Translations under genes and position numbers: made by a program
Shown: positions 29,810 to 40,055 of the stretch, in pieces
How positions within the stretch are numbered: the first letter of the stretch is position 1
Layout of the letters: each line of letters begins with the position of its first letter
NCBI GenBank assembly: GCA_965250205.1
Contig: CBDFNK010000010.1
Span: 8,127-72,126, forward strand
Length of the DNA stretch: 64,000 nt
From: Hyphomicrobiaceae bacterium
GTDB taxonomy: Bacteria; Pseudomonadota; Alphaproteobacteria; Rhizobiales; Hyphomicrobiaceae
Direction: 5' to 3'
The notes under the pieces: generated by a model
The model's input: the letters and a program-made list of their open reading frames with translations, nothing else
Database searches by the model: none
What the model was told of the DNA's origin: nothing

Positions 29810-30626
29810 CTTTTTGCTTTTTCTTCTTGGCCTGTTCCACTTCGATGGCCGGCACGGTTTCTTCCAAACGCACCACCACCTGACGCATCAGTGTGCGCAG
29901 CCGCTTGGCATTGCGCCCCAGATCATGGCGCCCAAACCGAGAGGCAGAGCGCATATCAACCCGCGCGCTATCGCCAATGTCTGAAACACGAACTGCAACA
30001 TCGTCGTAAAAACCAAACAACAATGTGCGATCTGTCGCTTCGAGAAAACCTGCCTGTGCACCATCCTCACTCGGTGGATCCTCGCGCACAATGGTCAGAC
30101 TTTCACGCTTCAAAGCATCAACGACCAAGGCATAAGTCTCGGCAGCCTCACGGTTGACAATTAACGGCTTGAGATCGGGATAGTACACACGCTGCTGACT
30201 GGCGAAACTGCTGCCGGGATAGGCAACTGGATTGGCACCTAGTGATCTGAGGGCAGAAACACTTTGAAACGGCGGCGGTGAATTAAAATCTGTTGTCAGG
30301 TCATTGATCTGCGGCATGCTTGATGCGGCCTGAAGAATGAGCGGTGGTGCCAACAAAATGCCGAGACTGACAACGAGCCCGACGGCGATATTACCGGTAC
30401 CCGCCGCTCCTGACCGCCAGATTGCATAGCCACCAGCACAGGCCAATATCAACGCCACAACCGCAACGAAGTAAGCTAATTTGGCCAGATTAATCGCCAC
30501 CAATGTTGGCATGCCAAAAATGCGATGCAGAAAAAACGCTGCACCAAGCAACAGCAATGAAAATGCTGCCACGGACCGGGTCCAGCGGCTAATGGCAAGC
30601 GACGGTGGTATGATCACGCGTCTCAT
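29652..30626 (-). CDS. DUF1499 domain membrane protein with Arg/Lys-rich C-terminal extension
   Basis: There are N-terminal TM segments. The DUF1499-like core runs ...FGFYDDVAVRVSDIGDSARVDMRSASRFGRHDLGRNAKRLRTLM. The tail KKKKQKAKPDKSRRRARVSARRSRGRARAKARRAQERRGRRRQRQ overlaps the convergent MBL gene. Confidence 0.78.
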   Translation of the reverse strand: MRRVIIPPSLAISRWTRSVAAFSLLLLGAAFFLHRIFGMPTLVAINLAKLAYFVAVVALILACAGGYAIWRSGAAGTGNIAVGLVVSLGILLAPPLILQAASSMPQINDLTTDFNSPPPFQSVSALRSLGANPVAYPGSSFASQQRVYYPDLKPLIVNREAAETYALVVDALKRESLTIVREDPPSEDGAQAGFLEATDRTLLFGFYDDVAVRVSDIGDSARVDMRSASRFGRHDLGRNAKRLRTLMRQVVVRLEETVPAIEVEQAKKKKQKAKPDKSRRRARVSARRSRGRARAKARRAQERRGRRRQRQIEVPRYISPMPGF

Positions 30627-31025
30627 AGATGACCTTCTTCTTGCATCAGAATTCCGATTTGCGGTTTTCTTAACACGGCTGTCACGCCCGCCAAAGCCCT
30701 GTTCGTCTCGCGTGCCGTTCCAGGCGGCAGCGGGCTGACCACCATCGCGACGCGGCGCTTTTTCTGTGCCCTGCCTGGCGCAACCTTCAGTCTTTGCTCT
30801 GCACTCAGTAAGTACATGGCTTTGGCTTTGGCCCTAGCACGGCAAGACGATAAAAATATGATAGGCAGAACGGGGCAAATCAATTTAGATCAGTACCGTC
30901 ATAGTTCCGCGGCCAATGTTCTCCTCGCCGATGACCTCAAGGTTTCCTGGCCAACCGAGAAGGGGACATGGGCTATCAAAGAGGCACCGCGATCCAACAA
31001 ATTGTAGCATCCATTTAAGGCTTTC

Positions 31026-31976
31026 ATGATCCGGGGATGGACCAAAACACCAAGGCGCTTCCGGCATCACATCATTGATGCCCCGCTACGGTTGTGCCTG
31101 ATCCTCTTTGTTTCAATCGCAAGCCCGTCTCTTGTCACCGCAGCCCCCCCACTACGCATTGCCACCTGGGATGTATCGAGGGCTGAAAAAGGCATTTTTG
31201 CGCGACCAAAGCGTGAAAAGAAATCCTCCTGGCGTCATACCTTCGGTTCTGAACGCTTTGACGCAAAAAAAACACGTCTCGGTATTTTCAATCTCGATGT
31301 TGACATTGTGTTGTTGCAGGGCATCCGCAACGTCAGAGCGCTGAAGCGCGTTTTTCCAACACGTACTTGGAAGCTCATTTTATCGCGCGATTACATGCGC
31401 AGCATTACACCACTCAGTCGGCTACCCTCTGATTTACAATTGTACGATATCGCTGCAACGGAACTGAACGCGCGCACTCCCGTAACCGCGGTGGCAGTAC
31501 GTTATCAACAGCGCCTGCGTGTTAGAGCGATCAAACATATTGAGGTTGACCATCGACTTGGAAAATCTGAGACGACAACGAGCGAGATCCCGGCCGCTAC
31601 GGCCGTGCGCATCAATCACTTCGGATCCAGACTTTGGCTGGTATCGCTCGCCTTGACTGAGAACTGCAAAGGAGACCATGCACAGTGCCTACCCTGGGTG
31701 ACGACCAACAAATGGTTCAAGGACCTTAATGACTTCGATCGGGTGCCTGCTGTTGCTGGCTGGTCCAGCCCAAAGCCAACTGACAACAATTCTCAAAAGA
31801 AAGAAATCCAGCCCTGTGGCAAACTGGTCGCCATGTCACAAAGCTGTCTCGACCAAGGGTGCATCGGAAAAATGAAACGCCTGACACGTAAAAAACTCGG
31901 TTGCATTGTCTTGACCACAGTGCACGTTCCCCGCCAACTGCCGCCACAACGCGCCCTTTCACCGCCTAACTTCTAG
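31026..31976 (+). CDS. hypothetical secreted protein (weak endonuclease/exonuclease/phosphatase-like N-terminal motifs)
   Basis: There is a signal/TM segment LRLCLILFVSIASPSLVTAAPP. LRIATWDV and VDIVLLQG recall EEP family motifs, but Glu is replaced by Gly. Confidence 0.5.
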   Translation: MIRGWTKTPRRFRHHIIDAPLRLCLILFVSIASPSLVTAAPPLRIATWDVSRAEKGIFARPKREKKSSWRHTFGSERFDAKKTRLGIFNLDVDIVLLQGIRNVRALKRVFPTRTWKLILSRDYMRSITPLSRLPSDLQLYDIAATELNARTPVTAVAVRYQQRLRVRAIKHIEVDHRLGKSETTTSEIPAATAVRINHFGSRLWLVSLALTENCKGDHAQCLPWVTTNKWFKDLNDFDRVPAVAGWSSPKPTDNNSQKKEIQPCGKLVAMSQSCLDQGCIGKMKRLTRKKLGCIVLTTVHVPRQLPPQRALSPPNF

Positions 31977-32152
31977 GCATCGTCCCTGCCAACTTCCATT
32001 GGGCCCAACGCTCACATCCCCGAATGGCGATCGCTCTTTCCCACGCTGCCACGCCCTGCGACGACAGACGCCTCACAATCCATCCCAGAATGCTTTAGAA
32101 ATCAGAGCCGCAATCTCAACGTAGCGCTTTCAATAAACCCCACGAGACCCAA

Positions 32153-33190
32153 ATGTCCGATACCCCGTCCCATTGGCCCAAAGATCACCCGCCTGTTGCC
32201 CACAGTAAGATTGGCGTTCTGTTGCTCAATCTTGGCACACCAGATGGCACGGACTATTGGTCGATGCGCCGCTACCTAAAGCAATTCCTGTCAGACAAGC
32301 GCGTCGTTGAAGAGCCAACCTGGAAGTGGTGGCCGATCCTCAACCTGATCATTCTCACCAAACGCCCTGGCCCAAAAGGCCGCGACTATCAAACCATCTG
32401 GAATACAGAAAAAGACGAGGGACCTCTTAAAACGATTACCCGTGGACAGGCCGAGCGTCTGCAAGAAAGGCTTGAGCGCCACGGTGAAGTGATTGTTGAC
32501 TGGGCGATGCGCTACGCCAATCCCTCAACAGAGAGTCGCATTGAGGCCTTGTTTAAAAAAGGCTGCAATCGTATTTTGCTGGTGCCGCTCTATCCTCAGT
32601 ATGCCGCCGCCACATCTGCGACCGCCTGTGACGATGCTTTTAAAGCGTTAATGAAAATGCGCTGGCAACCATTTGTTCGTGTTGCACCCGCCTATCACGA
32701 TGAGCCCGCCTACATCAAAGCGCTTGCCAAGAGCATGCGTGCGAGCCTTGCAAAACTAGATTTTGAGCCAGAGAAAATCATCGCAACATTTCACGGCATG
32801 CCCCAAAAGTATTTGGAAAAGGGCGACCCATATCATTGTCATTGCCAGAAAACATCGCGCCTACTGCGTGACAAGCTCGGTATCGAACCTGACAAATGGC
32901 TGACAACGTTTCAGTCACTTTTTGGCAACGATCCGTGGCTGCAACCCTATACGGATAAAACCGTCGAACGCCTCGCCAAAGAAGGTGTTAAAAAGCTCGC
33001 ACTGGTTGCGCCTGGATTTTCAGCTGATTGCCTTGAGACACTCGAAGAGCTTGACGTTGAAAACCGCGAGATTTTTGAAGAAAACGGCGGCGAACACTTT
33101 GCCTATTTGCCCGCACTCAATGATACCGCTGAGGGCGTCGATGCTATTGAAGCCATTGTGCGCCGTGAATTGATGGGATGGATTTCCTAA
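32153..33190 (+). CDS. hemH: ferrochelatase
   Basis: Contains GVLLLNLGTPD, LVPLYPQY, TFHGMP and APGFSADCLETLEE. Confidence 0.97.
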   Translation: MSDTPSHWPKDHPPVAHSKIGVLLLNLGTPDGTDYWSMRRYLKQFLSDKRVVEEPTWKWWPILNLIILTKRPGPKGRDYQTIWNTEKDEGPLKTITRGQAERLQERLERHGEVIVDWAMRYANPSTESRIEALFKKGCNRILLVPLYPQYAAATSATACDDAFKALMKMRWQPFVRVAPAYHDEPAYIKALAKSMRASLAKLDFEPEKIIATFHGMPQKYLEKGDPYHCHCQKTSRLLRDKLGIEPDKWLTTFQSLFGNDPWLQPYTDKTVERLAKEGVKKLALVAPGFSADCLETLEELDVENREIFEENGGEHFAYLPALNDTAEGVDAIEAIVRRELMGWIS

Positions 33191-33377
33191 CCCACGACCC
33201 ACCGCGCAACATCAAATCTCTGGTCATCATGATTAAGCGGCTCTTAATGAGAAGCCGCAAAAATTCATTGTTTTATAATACTTACTTAACCCTATTTTCG
33301 CGACTTTCCTCTAGAAATTGATCTAAACCATTCCCATATCCCTCATGTAACTCGCGCTCAAGATTGGAGAAGATCTC

Positions 33378-34334
33378 ATGTTCGGCTCAGAAGTCGCTCT
33401 TATTCTATTTGTTGTTTTAGCGGTTGCTACGCTGTGGTCCACAGTGAAAATTGTACCACAAGGCCATAACTACACGGTCGAAAAATTTGGCCGTTACACA
33501 CGCACGCTAACACCTGGACTACATATTCTCGTTCCGGTCATGGAACGCGTCGGCCACCACGTCAACATGAAGGAACAGGTGATCGACATTCCAAGTCAGG
33601 ATGTCATCACCAAAGACAACGCCATGGTCTCTGTGGACGGCGTTGCTTTCTATCAAGTGCTGAACGCTGCCAAATCGGCCTATGAAGTTGAATTACTAGA
33701 ACATGCCATCATCAACCTGACGATGACCAACATCAGAACGGTGATGGGCTCGATGGACCTTGATGAATTGCTGTCCAATCGCGATGTCATCAACGCTCAA
33801 CTTTTGAACGTGGTTGATTCTGCAACAGAATCCTGGGGCGTGAAAGTCACACGCATCGAGATCAAGGACATTGAACCACCACGCGATCTGGTTGACTCGA
33901 TGGCCCGTCAGATGAAAGCAGAGCGTGAAAAACGCGCTCAGATCCTTGAATCTGAAGGCCTGCGTGCCGCATCTATTCTAAAGGCTGAAGGTGAAAAGCA
34001 GGCACAAGTCTTGGAAGCTGAAGGGCGCAAAGAAGCTGCCTTCCGCGACGCAGAAGCCCGCGAACGTCAAGCCCAAGCAGAAGCCAAGGCGACCGAATTG
34101 GTCTCGACCGCAATTTCTGAAGGCAACGTTCAAGCCATCAACTACTTTGTCGCCAACAACTACATGAAGGCACTGGAAGCATTGGCCTCAGCCGACAACC
34201 AGAAGGTCATTATGATGCCGCTTGAAGCTTCAGGCATCATTGGATCACTCGCCGGCCTTGCCCAAATTACCGGCGATGCATTTGGCGGCGACGACAAACC
34301 GGCTGGTGGACGCCCTTCTGTGCCACGCAGCTAA
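33378..34334 (+). CDS. SPFH/band-7 (stomatin-like, QmcA-type) protein
   Basis: There is an N-terminal TM segment. The region [28 protein letters not shown]...[17 protein letters not shown]... is followed by a coiled Ala/Glu-rich segment. Confidence 0.93.
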   Translation: MFGSEVALILFVVLAVATLWSTVKIVPQGHNYTVEKFGRYTRTLTPGLHILVPVMERVGHHVNMKEQVIDIPSQDVITKDNAMVSVDGVAFYQVLNAAKSAYEVELLEHAIINLTMTNIRTVMGSMDLDELLSNRDVINAQLLNVVDSATESWGVKVTRIEIKDIEPPRDLVDSMARQMKAEREKRAQILESEGLRAASILKAEGEKQAQVLEAEGRKEAAFRDAEARERQAQAEAKATELVSTAISEGNVQAINYFVANNYMKALEALASADNQKVIMMPLEASGIIGSLAGLAQITGDAFGGDDKPAGGRPSVPRS

Positions 34335-34347
34335 GCCCCAAACATAG

Positions 34348-34378
34348 ACCGAGGCCATGACAACCATGGCCTCGGTCG
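34348..34378 (+). other. perfect 13-bp stem hairpin between the SPFH and NfeD genes
   Basis: GACCGAGGCCATG-ACAAC-CATGGCCTCGGTC, read directly from the sequence. Confidence 0.6.
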
Positions 34379-34424
34379 TTAAAATTAGACCCCAACAATC
34401 TGAACCCGAACTGGAGCCCCCTCA

Positions 34425-34880
34425 ATGTCATCAGCACTTGCTGAATACTTTTCCGGATTTGGTGATTGGAACTGGCTGATCCTTGCGTTCATCCTGTTCG
34501 TCTTAGAAACAATCCTACCAGGTGTTTATTTCCTGTGGTTTGGTCTCGCTGCGGCTCTTACCGCCGTTGTTGCCTTTGCCACTGACTTATCGTGGCAATG
34601 GGAAATGCTGATCTTTGGCTTGCTGTCCCTTGCTACCGTATTTGGTGTCCGCCAATTCGCAGACCCTCATGCCAAAGACACTGATGAACCGGCTCTCAAC
34701 ATTCGTGGAGAGCAGTACATTGGTCGCGAAGTCAGTGTCGAAAACTCGATCTCTGGTGGGCGTGGCCGCATTCGTGTCGGCGATACGATTTGGGCTGCTG
34801 AAGGCCCTGATGCACCTGCTGGTGCACGCGTCAAAATCACAGCCGTTGACGGCACCGTATTCAAGGTCGAGCCACTCTAA
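34425..34880 (+). CDS. NfeD family protein
   Basis: There are three N-terminal TM segments and a C-terminal OB-like domain: GREVSVENSISGGRGRIRVGDTIWAAEG...VKITAVDGTVFKVEP. Confidence 0.9.
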   Translation: MSSALAEYFSGFGDWNWLILAFILFVLETILPGVYFLWFGLAAALTAVVAFATDLSWQWEMLIFGLLSLATVFGVRQFADPHAKDTDEPALNIRGEQYIGREVSVENSISGGRGRIRVGDTIWAAEGPDAPAGARVKITAVDGTVFKVEPL

Positions 34881-34910
34881 TTTGATAGAGTGACAAGCCC
34901 AAACTTTTTG

Positions 34911-34942
34911 AAGGCCGGTCGCTAGACCGGCCTTTTTCTTTT
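34911..34942. terminator. bidirectional terminator between nfeD and kpsF (convergent)
   Basis: AAGGCCGGTC-GCTA-GACCGGCCTT is flanked by a T-run on the plus strand and an A-run upstream. Confidence 0.7.
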
Positions 34943-34971
34943 CCGCCTCTTCTGATCTTGTGACTGCCCGA

Positions 34972-35976
34972 CTAAACGACACCAGCGCGCAATAGGTCAT
35001 GAACGTGGACAATACCAACAGGCTTATCATCTTTCACCACAAACAGCGCTGTAATGCGCGATGCATTGATCAACTCCAAAGCTGCCGAGGCCAGCATGGT
35101 TGACGGTGCGGTCTTTGGATTTGCCGTCATGATGTCCCGCGTCTTGGTCGCCAGCAAGTCATCACCCATATGGCGGCGCAAGTCGCCATCAGTCACAACA
35201 CCAATCAAGTTGCCGTCGCCATCAACAATCCCCGCGCAGCCGAAGCTCTTGGATGTCATCATCACTAGCGCTTCACTCATCACATCATCGGCACTGACAA
35301 GTGGTAGCGCATCGCCATCGTGCATAACGTCGGTGACATACTTCAAACTGGCCCCAAGCGATCCGCCAGGATGAAACGCCTTAAAATCATGCGCGGTAAA
35401 ACCTTTGGCTTCAAGCAGGGCGACAGCCAAACAGTCACCCAGTGCCAATTGCATCGTGGTTGACGTAGTCGGCGCTAGGCCATGCGGACAGGCTTCATCT
35501 GCTCGTGGCAGTTCCAAAACCACATCGGACTGCGTGCCAAGAGCAGACTCCCTTTTAGACGTGATTGAAATCAGCGGTACCGCAAAGCGGCGCGCGTAGG
35601 TGATGATGCCTTTCAGCTCCACCGTCTCACCCGACCACGACAGGGCCAGGATCACGTCCTTGCTGGTGATCATTCCCAGATCACCATGGGCTGCTTCTGT
35701 TGGATGGACGAAAAAGGCTGGTGTTCCCGTTGAAGCAAACGTCGCCGCAATCTTCTGGCCCACGTGTCCGCTTTTGCCGATGCCCGTGACAATCACCCGA
35801 CCGTCGGCATTCTTGATGGTTTGGACAGCATCGGCCAATGCCGGGCCCAAGTCCTGGAGCACACTGGCACGCAGGGCCGCAAGCCCGCTTGCCTCAACAT
35901 CCAACGTGCGCAGCACGGAAGAGACGGTCTTGTTCGTGACGGTCTTGCCGCCATCAATCGATTTAAGTTCTGTCAT
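34972..35976 (-). CDS. kpsF: arabinose-5-phosphate isomerase (KpsF/GutQ family)
   Basis: ATG at 35976. The SIS domain carries VTGIGKSGHVG, and tandem CBS domains lie at the C-terminus. Confidence 0.92.
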   Translation of the reverse strand: MTELKSIDGGKTVTNKTVSSVLRTLDVEASGLAALRASVLQDLGPALADAVQTIKNADGRVIVTGIGKSGHVGQKIAATFASTGTPAFFVHPTEAAHGDLGMITSKDVILALSWSGETVELKGIITYARRFAVPLISITSKRESALGTQSDVVLELPRADEACPHGLAPTTSTTMQLALGDCLAVALLEAKGFTAHDFKAFHPGGSLGASLKYVTDVMHDGDALPLVSADDVMSEALVMMTSKSFGCAGIVDGDGNLIGVVTDGDLRRHMGDDLLATKTRDIMTANPKTAPSTMLASAALELINASRITALFVVKDDKPVGIVHVHDLLRAGVV

Positions 35977-36210
35977 AGACTGAGATTTGCCCTGCCATGG
36001 CACCAAGCGCCAGAGAATTGGGATTATCTGTGGGCTCCACACGACTGAGCCCCTGCCATTTCTCTCTACCAGAGGCGCCCTTGAGCACCAAATTTTCTCC
36101 CCGAGACCCACAATTGGCCAGTTTTTAAAGTCTCGTTAACCGACGCTCCCTAGGGTTCACAATCAAGGTGTGCGTTCCCCTGACCAAAATTATCACGATG
36201 GAACGCTGGC

Positions 36211-37986
36211 GTGACTGTCCTTCAGCACAAATTTAGCCGTCATCTCGACGTCTTCGCCAAGGCTTGCGTCTCGGGCGTCATGGCGTGCCTCTGCGCGATG
36301 CCTGTGATGCTGACGGTACTGAGTACGTCTGCACAGGCTCAGCGGGCTGAAAATCCCGAAAACGGTGGTGTTTTTGGGCCGACGCGCCCAAGCCAGTCGA
36401 GTCGCCCTGGCGGTGAGGTTCAACCCAACACGGGCGACGCGCTAACCACAGAGCAATCACCTGCAATCCAAGACCAAGACGCCAGCTTTGAAGCCGATAA
36501 CGATCCCCTTGAAATCGCACCGCAGACACGTGATCGCCCTGGCTCGCGGCTCATCATCCAAGACGGTGATCTATCTTTTCCACGCACCCGTTCTCAACCG
36601 CGCGATGGCGTGATTGAAGTCGGTGAACCCCCACCTATTTTAGATGGTAGTGACCCGACCACAACCGATACGCGCACGCGCCGCGACATCGACTTGTTTG
36701 AAAGTCCACCCGCAGGCTTTGATCCTTCACTGTTTCAGGCTGAAGACCCTAGCCCACGTGATCGCCAACCCGACGACGTCGATCCACTGCTGTTCCAAAT
36801 TGAAAACATTGAACCCGTGCGAGACAACCGGCGTCCGCGCCGCCTGTTTCTGTTTGAGCCCTTCGATCCCATTGGCATCAAAGTGGGCAGCTTTATTCTG
36901 TTTCCCGAAGTTGAAACAGCCCTTCGTTGGAATAGTAATGTTCTAAGTTCGCCCAATGCTGAATCCGACATTTCCTACACCGTAGATCCAAGCGCACGCC
37001 TTGTTTCAGATTGGTCGCGCCACGCGTTGGAGTTCAACGCCCGGGCAACATTGAGCTTTTTCAAGGAAATTCAGTCTGAAGATAACCGCGGCTACTTTGT
37101 TGAAGCCCGCGGGCGACTTGACTTTACACGGCGCAGCAATCTGCAAGGCTTGATCTCGCATAGCATAGCGCAAGAAAGTCGGTCGGCAATCGATGCCTCT
37201 AATGCGCTTGACCGCACCGACATTAAAACCCAGCGCGCAGCGTTGACCTTCAACCACCGCTTCAATCGCCTCACTGTGCAATTGCGCGGATCTTTTGAAA
37301 CACGCGATTTAAGCGATGATGTATCTGGCGGCGCGATCAATCGCAATGATGATCGCGACAGTGACGAATGGGAACAAGCCATTCGTGCAACGTGGGAGTT
37401 CAAACCAACGCTGGCCGCGTTCGCCGAAGTTGGTTTTATCCAGCGTGAATTTGGCGCACCGGCACAGTCAGACAACATCCAACGCGACACAACAGGAGAA
37501 CGCTATCGCGTTGGTTTGGACTTTGGCGATACCGGAACCTACCTACGCGGTGAGATCAGCGTCGGCTACGGCATTGAACGCCCAGATGTGGGTACGCTGA
37601 ACGAAGTGGAAACCTTCTTGTTTGACGCTAACGCTTCCTATCGTTTCAACGAGCTGACAACCTTCCTGCTCAATGCCCGGTCCGACATCGACGAAACAAC
37701 GAATGCAGACAGTGCTGGTGTGATTACACACTTTATTGGACTGGAAGCACGGCACGCGTTTCGTCGCAACATTATTGGCAACGTAGAAGCCAGTATCTCA
37801 ACACGCGAATTTGACAATACGACACTGGAAGAAAGTGAATGGCGCATAGGCGCGGGACTTGAGTACTTCATGAACCGTAACATGGTCCTTTTTGGCAATT
37901 ATGAGCATACTGACTTTGACTCCAATTCGCCCGGCAGCTCGTTTGTTGATGATGAAGTCCGATTTGGCCTAAGACTGAGACGCTAG
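36211..37986 (+). CDS. outer-membrane beta-barrel protein (BBP2-type putative porin)
   Basis: Signal peptide ...LSTSAQAQ is followed by an acidic/Pro-rich linker. The C-terminal ~400 aa has alternating beta-strand patterns and ends ...DDEVRFGLRLRR. The start codon is uncertain. Confidence 0.78.
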   Translation: MTVLQHKFSRHLDVFAKACVSGVMACLCAMPVMLTVLSTSAQAQRAENPENGGVFGPTRPSQSSRPGGEVQPNTGDALTTEQSPAIQDQDASFEADNDPLEIAPQTRDRPGSRLIIQDGDLSFPRTRSQPRDGVIEVGEPPPILDGSDPTTTDTRTRRDIDLFESPPAGFDPSLFQAEDPSPRDRQPDDVDPLLFQIENIEPVRDNRRPRRLFLFEPFDPIGIKVGSFILFPEVETALRWNSNVLSSPNAESDISYTVDPSARLVSDWSRHALEFNARATLSFFKEIQSEDNRGYFVEARGRLDFTRRSNLQGLISHSIAQESRSAIDASNALDRTDIKTQRAALTFNHRFNRLTVQLRGSFETRDLSDDVSGGAINRNDDRDSDEWEQAIRATWEFKPTLAAFAEVGFIQREFGAPAQSDNIQRDTTGERYRVGLDFGDTGTYLRGEISVGYGIERPDVGTLNEVETFLFDANASYRFNELTTFLLNARSDIDETTNADSAGVITHFIGLEARHAFRRNIIGNVEASISTREFDNTTLEESEWRIGAGLEYFMNRNMVLFGNYEHTDFDSNSPGSSFVDDEVRFGLRLRR

Positions 37987-38141
37987 AGCGTCGCGCCTTT
38001 TCTGCTACACAGTGAAGCTATTTGCGCAACGCTCTATCTCGTGACTCTATCCCAAGACTCTATCCTAAGACTCTATCCTAAGACTGGCGATCAATTTATC
38101 TGCTCAAAGTCACGATTCCAACTTTTCGCAAGTGGATCTAG
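37983..38141 (-). repeat. MITE-like intergenic repeat, copy B (CTAG...CTAG bounded)
   Basis: 159 bp in reverse orientation relative to copy A. It contains three 13-nt units GACTCTATCC(C/T)AA. Its first CTAG contains the stop codon of the beta-barrel gene. Confidence 0.88.
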
Positions 38142-38335
38142 CGCGCGAGACCTGCTTCGCAGCTGCGGCAAAAGCCCGTATGTTTCTACCTCAATTGCAC
38201 TTATCTCATTTTTGCACTTGAATTTTCCCGCCAGCCGCAGTCAGATAACGTCACTCACTTGATCTTGAGAATATTCCGGGCGGAAAACCGCACACACTTT
38301 TCCTGAATAGGCTCTGGAAATAGGCGTACCGCAAC

Positions 38336-38557
38336 ATGGGCCAAAGCACGCTTCCAACGTTTAAGATCGTCGTCAACGGTATGGTGACAGAAACCACAGC
38401 CGAGACGTTGCAGGCGCTGTTGGCCGAGCAAGGCTATGGCAATACGCGTGTGGCCACCGCCAGAAACGGTACTTTTGTGCCGTTACGCGTGCGCGAAGAA
38501 ACCACCTTACAGCCGGGCGACAGCATAGAGGTTGTCTCGGCCCGCCAGGGCGGATAA
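38336..38557 (+). CDS. thiS: sulfur carrier protein ThiS
   Basis: 73 aa with FKIVVNG...; it ends ...[11 protein letters not shown] (C-terminal GG) and lies immediately upstream of thiG. Confidence 0.85.
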   Translation: MGQSTLPTFKIVVNGMVTETTAETLQALLAEQGYGNTRVATARNGTFVPLRVREETTLQPGDSIEVVSARQGG

Positions 38558-38568
38558 ACGCTTCTGCC

Positions 38569-39405
38569 ATGACCATAAGACAATCCGATCTGACAGGCTC
38601 CAAGCCGGGGCTTAATCCGCTGACGCTTTATGGCGTTGAACTCTCCTCACGGATGCTGCTCGGCACCGCGCGCTACCCCTCTCCCCAAATCATGGCCGAT
38701 GCTGTTGCCGCAGCCAAATGCGAGCTGGTGACAGTATCTTTGCGCCGAGAACAAGCACGCGGGCAAGTAGGCAATCGCTTTCTTGAATTGATCATGAACT
38801 TAGATGTGCGTGTGTTGCCGAACACGGCCGGCTGCCGTACAGCCCAAGACGCCATCACCACCGCAGAGATGGCGCGCGAGCTGTTTGACAGTGATTGGAT
38901 CAAGCTGGAAGTCATTGCCAATGACGACACCTTGCAGCCGGATCTGTTTGGTCTTGTCGAAGCTGCCGAAATTCTCGCGCGCGATGGCTTCAAAGTATTC
39001 CCCTATACCACTGAGGACCTTGGAGCCGCCGAAAGGCTTTTGGCTGCAGGCTGTGAAGTCTTGATGCCCTGGGGTGCACCGATCGGAACCGGTCAGGGGC
39101 TCAACAATAAGGCAGCTCTGAAAGCGATGCGCGCCTATTTCCCCGACACCACGTTGGTGGTCGATGCCGGCATTGGTGCGCCCTCACACGCAGCCGCCGC
39201 CATGGAGCTTGGCTTTGACGCGGTGTTGCTGAACACCGCCATCGCCAAAGCTGGCGATCCGGTGACGATGGCAGGCTCATTTGCTGAGGCCATTCATGCT
39301 GGTCGCGCGGCTTACGAGTCTGGATTGATGGCACCACGTGAAATGGCAACCCCATCAACGCCAGTATTTGGCACACCATTTGTTGATGAGGATCCCTCAT
39401 CGTGA
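38569..39405 (+). CDS. thiG: thiazole synthase
   Basis: Contains [16 protein letters not shown]...[16 protein letters not shown] and VDAGIG.PSHAA. Confidence 0.95.
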   Translation: MTIRQSDLTGSKPGLNPLTLYGVELSSRMLLGTARYPSPQIMADAVAAAKCELVTVSLRREQARGQVGNRFLELIMNLDVRVLPNTAGCRTAQDAITTAEMARELFDSDWIKLEVIANDDTLQPDLFGLVEAAEILARDGFKVFPYTTEDLGAAERLLAAGCEVLMPWGAPIGTGQGLNNKAALKAMRAYFPDTTLVVDAGIGAPSHAAAAMELGFDAVLLNTAIAKAGDPVTMAGSFAEAIHAGRAAYESGLMAPREMATPSTPVFGTPFVDEDPSS

Positions 39406-40037
39406 CCGGGCACCCCACCCTAGACCTCAATCCATTTTATCCGATTGTGCCGGACGCAGGTTGGGTGGCGCATTTGGCAACACTAGGTGTCACCACAATG
39501 CAGTTGCGTTTCAAGAGCGACGATCCCGTCGCTTCAAAACGCGAGGTTGCAGCAAGCCTCTGTCTCGTAGAAAATTTTTCAGATCTCACATTGATCATCA
39601 ATGATCATTGGCAGGCAGCGCTTGAATTGGGCGCAACAGCTGTCCACCTCGGCCAGGAAGATTTGGCCACAGCAGATGTTGCAGCCCTCAAAGACGCGGG
39701 CATCGCGATTGGCATCTCAACACACAGCGAGGACGAACTCAGCACCGCGCTTAAAGTGAAACCCAACTATGTGGCGCTTGGCCCAATCTTCGAAACTAAA
39801 CTGAAACACATGCCATGGGCACCCCAAGGCTTAAAACGTCTGACCGAATGGAAGCAAAAAATTGGGGAGATCCCGTTGGTCGCCATTGGCGGGCTAACAC
39901 CCAAACGCGCAAACCAGGCCATCGACGCAGGCGCGGACTCTGCTGCGGTGATCACCGATTTTTTTACTGCACCTGACCCTGGCGCGCGGGTCAAAGAGTG
40001 GGTCAGCTGGTCAAACCAGATCAGCAAAGCGTCCTAA
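39402..40037 (+). CDS. thiE: thiamine-phosphate synthase
   Basis: The GTG start overlaps the thiG stop. Contains [22 protein letters not shown] and PLVAIGG. Confidence 0.92.
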   Translation: MTGHPTLDLNPFYPIVPDAGWVAHLATLGVTTMQLRFKSDDPVASKREVAASLCLVENFSDLTLIINDHWQAALELGATAVHLGQEDLATADVAALKDAGIAIGISTHSEDELSTALKVKPNYVALGPIFETKLKHMPWAPQGLKRLTEWKQKIGEIPLVAIGGLTPKRANQAIDAGADSAAVITDFFTAPDPGARVKEWVSWSNQISKAS

Positions 40038-40055
40038 CAGCATCGCCTGAATTAA

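Noticed and set aside
38150-38335. TPP riboswitch upstream of thiS-thiG-thiE
   Set aside because: Only a loose resemblance was found (TTGAGA; CCTGAATAGGCTCTGGAAATAGGCGTA versus the THI-box CCTGATCTGGATAATGCCAGCGTAGGGA). The conserved CTGAGA...ACCCTTTGAACCTGATC core is not present. Much of this gap is MITE copy B.
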